From the NCBI GenBank assembly GCA_016839945.1, contig JAEOTE010000019.1:326-64325 (forward strand): DNA of 64,000 nucleotides. The letters run 5' to 3'. The notes under the pieces were generated by a model. That model was given only the letters and a program-made list of their open reading frames with translations, had not been told where the DNA came from and ran no database searches. This DNA is from Candidatus Heimdallarchaeota archaeon. Lineage in GTDB: Archaea; Asgardarchaeota; Heimdallarchaeia; Heimdallarchaeales; Heimdallarchaeaceae. How positions within the stretch are numbered: the first letter of the stretch is position 1; every line of letters starts with the position of its first letter. Both the position numbers and the translations under genes were made by a program. Shown piece by piece: positions 47,497 to 55,120 of this stretch.

Positions 47497-47802
47497 CTAC
47501 TCTTTTATCTCAGTTTCGATTATCTTTCTATTACATTTAACAGTCCATTTTCCCTTTTTACTAAAATTTAGAGAAATTTCTTTTTGAAATCCTTTGATAA
47601 CTTGAGCTGCCATTAAATCCGGGTTCCTTTTTGCGAACAGTTTTATGTCAACTTCTAAAATCTCTGGAGAATAGTAAATTTTTTCTGATTCTAGATTCCA
47701 AGCTGCATCTCTAAGATATCCAACTATTTCGAGAATTACTTCTTCATCTACTTTTGGTTCGGTTTTAAACCTTAATTCAGAGATATCCGCAAGCTTCTTC
47801 AT
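47497..47802 (-). CDS. hypothetical protein
   Basis: 101-aa ORF lying 34 nt upstream of, and co-directional with, the Mrr-like gene. Confidence 0.4.
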   Translation of the reverse strand: MKKLADISELRFKTEPKVDEEVILEIVGYLRDAAWNLESEKIYYSPEILEVDIKLFAKRNPDLMAAQVIKGFQKEISLNFSKKGKWTVKCNRKIIETEIKE

Positions 47803-47911
47803 TAGGACATTAAAACGAATTTCTAAATATAAAGTTGATTATTTGATTTTTTTTAATTTATTTTACTTCATAAAGCAAAAATTTTATAGTGTTCCGAACA
47901 AAAATCAAACA

Positions 47912-49381
47912 ATGTCTTCGTCTTTATCTAAACTTCTAAAAAGAATTAATGTTAAAGATGCAATTTATTTGTCAGTGTTTGCAATTATTATCTTCTTAAT
48001 TGTAAAGATGATGTTTGGAGGGATTTTTGGTCTATCATTAGTTGTTATAGAAAATGGTCCTAGATCAAGTATGTGGCCAACTTATGATCAAGGGGATATG
48101 TTTCTTATCAATCGATGTTCTCCTGAAAAAATAGAAATGGGAGATGTTATAGTATATGAATCAGCAAATTCATTCAATAGCGGAATTCTGATTATCCATC
48201 GTGTTATTAATATTACAGTTTTTGAAGATGCTACTGGATCTCATTATTACTTTAGAGTAAGTGGGGATAATCCTATAACAAACAACAATGTTGACAGTTA
48301 TAATATATCATCAACACTTATCCCTTATGATGCTGTTCTTGGAAAAACTGTATTACTTATTCCAAAAATAGGGTATGTTCGCTTGTGGATGACAAATTTT
48401 CCAGCTATCAGATATATAATACTTGGTGCTCTGATTATATTCGGATTATATCTGATTTTAACACCTGATAAAGAAGAAGCTAAAAAAGCAAAAGATGCTG
48501 TTCAGAAAGATAAAAAGAAAAATATCTGTCTGTTTTGTAAAAATAAGATCGAAAAAACTGATGATCAAGGTTTAGGTGTTTGCAGTAATTGTGGTAAGCA
48601 ATCTCCCTTTTGTGAAATTTGTAAAAATCCTATGACAAGTGATCAAACACTTTTACAAGCTGAAGCATGTGGTCATATTTATCATGAAGAGCATATTTTG
48701 GAATGGATTAAAATAAAAGGAACTTGTCCTGTGTGTAAAGTTAAAATCACTGAAAATACATTAAACATCTGGGAAAGCTCTGAAAAAGATGAGATTACAA
48801 GTTCAACAGAAGAGACAATAGATAAAGAATTCCATAACCTTGGTGAACAAGAAACTGAAACAAAATTTGATTTTAAATTATTCTTAAATAATCAATGGAC
48901 AAAAACAAAAAAGAATTTCAAAGAACTTTTCACAGTTAAACAAAAAAGGATTAAATTAATAATTTTCGTATCAGTAATTTTGTTCTTAATAATAGCTATT
49001 CCAGTTATAGATACTCTAATTCGTTATCCTAATCTAAATACTGCAATAGACGATGTTAAACTTCTGCCTTATAGGGAGTATGAGGATGAATCAATGGTAT
49101 TTCTTCCATTCACAATTTATTTCAAACATGATGGTTCATGGAATAAAGTAGTGAAGAATTTTGAAATATTTGGACTACAAAATGATACCGTTCTATCAAC
49201 TATGAAATGGTATTCTTATTTACAAGTTGAGGGAAATCAGACTTTAGGGGGATCCTTGATTTTTAATTCATTTGAGTTTAACTCTAATGTTACATTGACG
49301 ATTGAAATTCACTACTCCATTCATTATAGATTTGGTGCAGATAGAAGTATGGTTTATACTGAAGATTTTAATTTATCTTAA
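47912..49381 (+). CDS. SEC11/archaeal-type signal peptidase I domain fused to a cytoplasmic zinc ribbon plus RING-H2 finger and an extracytoplasmic C-domain
   Basis: SPase motifs SSMWPT (catalytic Ser), IIHRVI (His) and SGDNP. Three TM helices. CLFC..CSNC ribbon, then CEIC-x14-CGHIYHEEH-x10-CPVC. I prefer ATG 47912, which is in frame with the track start 47843. Confidence 0.75.
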   Translation: MSSSLSKLLKRINVKDAIYLSVFAIIIFLIVKMMFGGIFGLSLVVIENGPRSSMWPTYDQGDMFLINRCSPEKIEMGDVIVYESANSFNSGILIIHRVINITVFEDATGSHYYFRVSGDNPITNNNVDSYNISSTLIPYDAVLGKTVLLIPKIGYVRLWMTNFPAIRYIILGALIIFGLYLILTPDKEEAKKAKDAVQKDKKKNICLFCKNKIEKTDDQGLGVCSNCGKQSPFCEICKNPMTSDQTLLQAEACGHIYHEEHILEWIKIKGTCPVCKVKITENTLNIWESSEKDEITSSTEETIDKEFHNLGEQETETKFDFKLFLNNQWTKTKKNFKELFTVKQKRIKLIIFVSVILFLIIAIPVIDTLIRYPNLNTAIDDVKLLPYREYEDESMVFLPFTIYFKHDGSWNKVVKNFEIFGLQNDTVLSTMKWYSYLQVEGNQTLGGSLIFNSFEFNSNVTLTIEIHYSIHYRFGADRSMVYTEDFNLS

Positions 49382-49411
49382 AAAATTCACAAAAAGAGAA
49401 TAAGAAAAATT

Positions 49412-50278
49412 TTAGTTGGTATCCAAAATATAAGTTGGGATCTCACTTGGAGTCTTTACTGTGGTTATACCAACTTCACTTAAGATTCTCATTTTCTCTT
49501 TTGCAGTTCCTGATTTACCATGAACAATAGCACCAGCATGTCCCATCTGCTTCCCAGGAGGGGCAGTTTGACCTGCTATAAATGCATAAACAGGTTTGGA
49601 GATTTCTTTCTTTACAAGATCTGCTGCCTGCTGTTCACCAGTACCTCCAATTTCTCCAACTAAAACAATTTGTTTGGTTTGAGGATCATTTTCAAACATT
49701 GTAAGGCATTCATTAAATCCTATACCCTTAACAGGATCTCCACCTAAACCTACACAAGTAGATTGACCTAAACCGTTTATAGTTAAGTTTTGAATAATTT
49801 CATATGTTAAGGTTCCACTCCTACTTACAATACCAACATTACCCTTTGAACAAATCTCTCCAGGAATAATACCTATTTTGCTTTCTTCAGGAGTAATTAA
49901 TCCTGGACAATTAGGTCCGATCATGATTACGTCGTTCATCATAGCTTTTTGTTTTATTTTAGCAGTATCTTTAACTGGTACTCCTTCTGTTATCACTGTT
50001 AGTAGTTTGATTCCAGCATCTATAGCTTCTAAAGCTGCAGAATATGCGAATCGTGCTGGTATGAAAATAACAGAAGCATTAGCTTGAGTAGCTTCAACAG
50101 CTTCTTTCATACTATCATAAACTGGAACTCCTAGGTGTTCTTGTCCCCCTTTACCTGGGGTAACACCAGCAACAACTTTAGTTCTATAATCAATCATCGA
50201 TCGTGCATGAAAAGTACCCTGTTTTCCAGTAATACCTTGAACAATAACCTTTGTTTTCTCGTCTAATAAAATCGCCAT
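49412..50278 (-). CDS. sucD: succinyl-CoA synthetase alpha subunit
   Basis: VIVQGITGKQGTFH, SRSGTLTYE and MGHAGAIV (phospho-His). I place the start at MAILLDEK (50278), 1 nt after the sucC stop. Confidence 0.9.
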   Translation of the reverse strand: MAILLDEKTKVIVQGITGKQGTFHARSMIDYRTKVVAGVTPGKGGQEHLGVPVYDSMKEAVEATQANASVIFIPARFAYSAALEAIDAGIKLLTVITEGVPVKDTAKIKQKAMMNDVIMIGPNCPGLITPEESKIGIIPGEICSKGNVGIVSRSGTLTYEIIQNLTINGLGQSTCVGLGGDPVKGIGFNECLTMFENDPQTKQIVLVGEIGGTGEQQAADLVKKEISKPVYAFIAGQTAPPGKQMGHAGAIVHGKSGTAKEKMRILSEVGITTVKTPSEIPTYILDTN

Positions 50279-50279
50279 T

Positions 50280-51422
50280 TTAATTACCTCCTTTAACAAG
50301 CTCAACTATTCTTTTCGCAGCAGGTTCCATTTTACCGTAAGCATTAATACCGTTCTCTTCAAGCATTTGAATTCCTATATCATCGTTTGTTCCAACAAGT
50401 CTAATGACCATTGGTACTTTAATTTCAAATTTCTTTGAAGCGTTTATAATCCCCTGAGCAACATCATCACAGCGAGTTATACCTGCGAAGAAGTTAATGA
50501 ATATCCCTTTAATTTCTTGTCTTGACAAGATTTCCAAGGATTTCTCTATTTTTGTTTCGTCTGCTCCACCCCCCACATCAAGAAAATTAGCAGGGGAGCT
50601 TCCATAAAATTCTAACAGATCGCATGTTGCCATAGCAAGACCAGCTCCTCCTGAAATTATCCCAATTTCACCTTCAAGCTGAACATAACTAATTCCTGCT
50701 TGATCAGCTTCAAATTCTAAATCAGTGTGTCTATCTTTTTGCGACTTAAGAGATGCGACATCAAGCTGTCGAAAATCTGCATTTCCATCTATAACAACCT
50801 TCGAATCAGCTGCTATTATTTTATTATCTGGCGTAAGAATTAAAGGATTGATTTCAATAAGAGTTAAGTCTCTTTGCTGAGCCATTATAAACATGTTTTT
50901 CATGATATTGGAAAAGGAAGTAAGTGTTTTAGCTTTAAATCCTAGATTCTTTCCAATCTCTATAAACATATAGGATTGTGGTTCTACAAATGCTGAGAAA
51001 TACTCCTTAAAGATCTCATCTGGGTACTTCTCAGCGACTTCTTCAATATCGACTCCCCCTCGAGAGCTAGCTAAAACCAAATATTTCCCAGAAGCATTAT
51101 CTAACATAACTGATAGATAATACTCATTTACAATTTCCATTGGTTCTTCAAGCATAACAATTTCTACTGGCTTTCCTTGATGATCTCTTCCAAGTATACT
51201 CTGAATATACTCTTCAGCTTCTGAAGAGGACACTTTTTGGATTAATCCAGCTTTTCCTCTCCCTCCAGAAAGAGCTTGAGCTTTAGCCATCATTATGTCA
51301 CTACCTAGCTCTTCAACAAAAGCTTTGATGCTTTCAATTCCATCGTAAGCTTTGAACTTCGGAACAGGTATTCCATTCTCTTTGAATAATTGCTTTCCCT
51401 CAATTTCATAAAGCATTGGCAT
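50280..51422 (-). CDS. sucC: succinyl-CoA synthetase beta subunit (ATP-grasp)
   Basis: 380 aa. YEIEGKQLFKENGIPVP, AQALSGGRGKAG, and INFFAGITRCD-type C-terminal blocks. Confidence 0.9.
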   Translation of the reverse strand: MPMLYEIEGKQLFKENGIPVPKFKAYDGIESIKAFVEELGSDIMMAKAQALSGGRGKAGLIQKVSSSEAEEYIQSILGRDHQGKPVEIVMLEEPMEIVNEYYLSVMLDNASGKYLVLASSRGGVDIEEVAEKYPDEIFKEYFSAFVEPQSYMFIEIGKNLGFKAKTLTSFSNIMKNMFIMAQQRDLTLIEINPLILTPDNKIIAADSKVVIDGNADFRQLDVASLKSQKDRHTDLEFEADQAGISYVQLEGEIGIISGGAGLAMATCDLLEFYGSSPANFLDVGGGADETKIEKSLEILSRQEIKGIFINFFAGITRCDDVAQGIINASKKFEIKVPMVIRLVGTNDDIGIQMLEENGINAYGKMEPAAKRIVELVKGGN

Positions 51423-51531
51423 ATGTATCCAACTGGTTCTACAGTCTTTTTAAGGTCTTTGAAGTAAGCTTACTAATGTACATAAAAAAACATACACTAA
51501 GTAAGATACAAAATAAAAGAATGTAGAGTTT

Positions 51532-51843
51532 CTATTTTACAAATTCAACTCTTTTTGTCCTTGGGTAAGATAACACCCATTTCTTTCCGCAATCTGGACA
51601 AGTCAATCGTAAATCTACTTTTCTTGAAGTTTTTGAAGCCATTTTTGTTTGAGTGACTGGTCTTTTACTAAACCTACCTAGATTTCCATACCCTCTTCTG
51701 CTTCGCTTTTCTCTTCGAGCCATAGCTGTCATTCCTCCCTTTCTTCTTGCTGCTTTTTCTTGCTTTACACTCATAGTAACGTGTTTACCACAATTTGGGC
51801 AATATTTATTCATTTTTTCGGGAAGTTTAACCATTTTAATCAC
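51532..51843 (-). CDS. rpl44e: ribosomal protein L44e (eL42)
   Basis: KYCPNCGKH...GNLGRFSKRP...LTCPDCGKK zinc-ribbon layout. The true start may be the internal MVKLPEK. Confidence 0.85.
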   Translation of the reverse strand: MIKMVKLPEKMNKYCPNCGKHVTMSVKQEKAARRKGGMTAMARREKRSRRGYGNLGRFSKRPVTQTKMASKTSRKVDLRLTCPDCGKKWVLSYPRTKRVEFVK

Positions 51844-51907
51844 TCATTGTAGTGCTTGGATATGTCTTTTTATTTTTTTCCTTATGTGAGCTTGAAGATA
51901 TCAAGGA

Positions 51908-52225
51908 TTAGATTTCTCGGATTGCTTGAATATCTCTCAATTTCTGTAAAGGTATAACTTGATAGGTTTTGTTAGGTTGCTCTCTTCTAATACTAATAGG
52001 TAGAGCTTTTATTCTTATCTCCATCTCTGCAATTACAAGTGGTGATAAAGCTTCATAATCCTCACTAGCTAGAAGTATTGGAGCGCCCATGGATAATTGT
52101 AAAGCTCTTGCCCCCACAATTCTTGCTCGCTCAAAACGTGTCAAACGATCAGGGCCAACAACAACTTTATTCGAGATAATTTCCTCAGCAATACTGCTTT
52201 CATCCAAATCAGAGCTATTACTCAT
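51908..52225 (-). CDS. rpoK: DNA-directed RNA polymerase subunit K (Rpb6 homolog)
   Basis: 105 aa with [22 protein letters not shown]. Confidence 0.85.
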   Translation of the reverse strand: MSNSSDLDESSIAEEIISNKVVVGPDRLTRFERARIVGARALQLSMGAPILLASEDYEALSPLVIAEMEIRIKALPISIRREQPNKTYQVIPLQKLRDIQAIREI

Positions 52226-52506
52226 TAGTATCCACCAAAATCTGCTAAAGCGCTACATCATCCAGTCGATATTGTTATCTTAAAAATATTTAGATATCTG
52301 GCAAGTTTTAATGGTCTTTTCTTCTTCATCTAAATTTCTCTTCGAAGATATGATAAACCGAAATTTTTAAAACAACTTTATTAAAGCACAAAGTGAGTTG
52401 AATAAGTCTTAAAATACAGAAATATGCTTAAATGGTTGCATATCTGGAAAAACTTTAATAAGAAATTAGGACAATTTAAACAGATAATACAAATAATAAA
52501 AAAAGA

Positions 52507-52515
52507 CTTATAAAA
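52507..52515 (+). promoter_or_regulatory. TATA-box candidate for the Arf-like GTPase gene
   Basis: cttataaaa lies about 45 nt upstream of the ATG at 52556. Confidence 0.3.
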
Positions 52516-52555
52516 CCCCCAAGAATAGTAAAGTAATTACACGGAATGTCAACAC

Positions 52556-53125
52556 ATGAGCATGTTCGGTTCATTCTCTACATGGTTAAGGGCTAAACTC
52601 AAAAAAGAACAAAAAGCCAAAATTCTTATTCTAGGACTAGATGCGGCAGGGAAAACAACCCTAACCAGATTCATGAGATTTGGAAGATTTGCAGAAAATC
52701 TCACACCTACTATAGGACAGAACATTGAAAGTTTTGAATTTGAAGGATGGACTATTACAGCAATTGATGTTGCTGGACAATCACATTTCCGTTTCTTGTG
52801 GGAAGCTCATTATCCTGGTTGTAGTGCTGTTATTTTTGTTATTGATGCAGCTGATATAGAGCGTTTACCAGAAGCAAGAGATGTCTTAAAGACTCATGTT
52901 TTTAATAATCCGTACATGGAAAATGTACCAACATTAATCATGGCCAATAAACAAGATCTTCCTGGAGCAGTGGAAGCCCCACTACTAATTCAAATGCTAG
53001 GTCTTCATCTTGATTTGAAGGACAGAACCTTTGCTGTTTTTGATACAAGTATTTTACATGGGAAGGGAATTAAAGAAGCTTTTATATGGTTAGTAAATGA
53101 ATTGGATACTCATTTAGAACAATAA
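52556..53125 (+). CDS. Arf/Arl-family small GTPase
   Basis: 189 aa. ILILGLDAAGKTT, PTIGQN, IDVAGQ..FLW, ANKQDL and a predicted N-terminal amphipathic helix (MFGSFSTWLRAKLKK). Collinear with eukaryotic Arf1. Confidence 0.85.
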   Translation: MSMFGSFSTWLRAKLKKEQKAKILILGLDAAGKTTLTRFMRFGRFAENLTPTIGQNIESFEFEGWTITAIDVAGQSHFRFLWEAHYPGCSAVIFVIDAADIERLPEARDVLKTHVFNNPYMENVPTLIMANKQDLPGAVEAPLLIQMLGLHLDLKDRTFAVFDTSILHGKGIKEAFIWLVNELDTHLEQ

Positions 53126-53130
53126 TTTAA

Positions 53131-54408
53131 CTAAGTTTCTTTTTGTTTAAATTTGAACTTAGCAATGAATCCGCCTATATTTTCTGTTTTAGTAGGATCT
53201 AAAAAGATTGTTGCTTTTTCATGTTCCATTTGATATAATCTTTCTTCATTTAACTCTGGTTTTCTTGTTTTCAGTTTGTTTTTATTTTGCAACAATCGAA
53301 TTTCTTCTGGAAGGCTCTGACTATCATAGTATGCTTTTTCCATGATTGCTTTGAACACACTTTCATTTTCAAGATAATCTAATGAATGTGTTATATAAGA
53401 TAAGGAAGCTTGACCATGTAGACATCTATAAAGATTAGATAGTATACTTATCTGGTTCTTTACCATTTGTTTTAGTTTTCCAATACTTAGATTTGATGAG
53501 AAAACAGGCATCAAAGCAGTTCTTGAATTTGGTAATTCAATATAGATTGAGCTATATTTGATTTCATGCCGTTCTTTAAGAAAATGAAGAAAAGGAGCAT
53601 GTATGACTCTAATTGCTTTTGACTTGATTCTTTCAAGCTGCTTTTTTATTGCTTTTAAATGCATTTCATTTCTTGCAACAACAGTAATTGGGCATTTGTG
53701 GTTTGTTATCTTTGCTATGTATCCTGCTACCTCTCCTCTATCAACTGACATAACGAGGATGTTATCTTTACTATCAAGATACAAAGATTTAACACCAATA
53801 GTTTGAGCAGGGGTAAGGATATTAAAGTACCCTTTTCTATATTCTTTCATCTCTGTTAAAGGAGGTACATATCCAAAGGAATCAGTAACTCTAGCTATAA
53901 TTCTTTGAGACAAATTAGATATTTCATTACTTTCTACTTCACTTGTAGCAATTGCAATTGTACTTCCAGCTAAATCTGCAATTCTAACCCTCTCACCAGT
54001 AGAAAATCTGTCATGTTTAGTAACAGCGGATGTATGAACATCTTTTCCTAGGGAGATATTTGAAGCAGATTCTATGTCTACTCTTATTGTGGGATAAGTA
54101 AAGCTTTTTTCTGTTATCTTTCTTTTTTCCACTTTCACTTCTAAGAAATCATCAAAAAGAGTATGTCTTTGAACATTGAATTCGTTTTCCTCAAAAATAT
54201 CATAAAGAGAATCATAATCAATTTTATCAGTATTTATCTGAATCCAGAGAGAATTTGGGGGTTTTCTTAGTTGTTCTAAAATATTCATGGTTTCGGTCAA
54301 TCCAAAGGAATTTATCCAATGATACAGTAAGCTAGGTGAGTATTGAAATCTCTTTAAGATCTCAGTGGAAACTGCATCATTTTCTTTTGAATTCTCTTCC
54401 GAAGTCAT
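53131..54408 (-). CDS. NOL1/NOP2/Sun (NSUN)-family RNA m5C-methyltransferase homolog with PUA domain; catalytic motifs degenerate
   Basis: 425 aa. The family scaffold is recognisable (LLYHWINSFG..IQINT.., YRKGYFNIL, ..SLSYITHSLDYLENESV), but the SAM and Cys motifs are replaced; see the finding. Confidence 0.55.
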   Translation of the reverse strand: MTSEENSKENDAVSTEILKRFQYSPSLLYHWINSFGLTETMNILEQLRKPPNSLWIQINTDKIDYDSLYDIFEENEFNVQRHTLFDDFLEVKVEKRKITEKSFTYPTIRVDIESASNISLGKDVHTSAVTKHDRFSTGERVRIADLAGSTIAIATSEVESNEISNLSQRIIARVTDSFGYVPPLTEMKEYRKGYFNILTPAQTIGVKSLYLDSKDNILVMSVDRGEVAGYIAKITNHKCPITVVARNEMHLKAIKKQLERIKSKAIRVIHAPFLHFLKERHEIKYSSIYIELPNSRTALMPVFSSNLSIGKLKQMVKNQISILSNLYRCLHGQASLSYITHSLDYLENESVFKAIMEKAYYDSQSLPEEIRLLQNKNKLKTRKPELNEERLYQMEHEKATIFLDPTKTENIGGFIAKFKFKQKET

Positions 54409-54482
54409 GAGTTACATGAAAGTTCGTGATTCTAGCTTTAAGAATATTTTTGCAATAGAGATTTCAAAGCCTTAACAAAAAA

Positions 54483-55025
54483 TTGAAAAAAGAACTATTA
54501 TTTCTGAAGTATAGAGGTCCAGATATGACTTCAGAATTCACTGTACGACAAGCAGAATTAACTGACATAAATGATATAATTAAAATCAACCGTTTATGTC
54601 TACCAGAAAATTACTCTTTCGATTTCTTTTATAGAATACTTTCAGAGTTTGGATATGCTTGTGCTGTTGGGGAAGTTAATGGAGAAGTAATTGGTTACCT
54701 CCTTTCAAGAATTGAAAGACCTTTTTCTTCCTTTATTGGTTTAAATCCCTCGAAAGGTCATGTAATATCAATCGCTGTTTTACCTCAGTATAGAAGACAG
54801 GGGTTAGGGATACTAATAATGAAATATGGTATGAAGAAACTTATAGAACACAAAGTCGATTCTATTTATCTTGAAGTAAGAGTATCAAATGTTGCAGCTG
54901 TTGAGATGTATAAAAAACTTGGTTACTACATCAAAAGAGAATTCAAGCAATACTACAGGGATGGAGAATCTGCGTTTGTAATGGAATGGGGAAAGAAAGA
55001 TTCTACAGAAGAAAATCATGAATAA
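54483..55025 (+). CDS. GNAT N-alpha-acetyltransferase (RimI/Ard1-Naa10-like)
   Basis: AVLPQYRRQGLGILIM (Q/RxxGxG), IYLEVRVSNVAAVEMYKKLGY, YYRDGESAFVM. The start may be ATG 54525. Confidence 0.8.
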   Translation: MKKELLFLKYRGPDMTSEFTVRQAELTDINDIIKINRLCLPENYSFDFFYRILSEFGYACAVGEVNGEVIGYLLSRIERPFSSFIGLNPSKGHVISIAVLPQYRRQGLGILIMKYGMKKLIEHKVDSIYLEVRVSNVAAVEMYKKLGYYIKREFKQYYRDGESAFVMEWGKKDSTEENHE

Positions 55026-55120
55026 TGCCATTCTTCAGCCAATTAATTGCTTTTTTAATGTTTGTAATTTCTCTATAAAACTCAACTATTTATATCAAAA
55101 AAATAGTTAGAATTACTGCT

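Noticed and set aside
52226-52555. Long (330 bp) intergenic region examined for a tRNA, C/D-box sRNA, riboswitch or repeat. It has two similar ~20-nt segments: agatatctggcaagtttta and gcatatctggaaaaactttaa.
   Set aside because: I found no GC-rich stem set compatible with a tRNA, no RUGAUGA/CUGA box pair at suitable spacing, and only a 19-codon ORF. The imperfect direct repeat is short and AT-rich, so chance similarity is plausible. It is left as unexplained promoter/UTR space.
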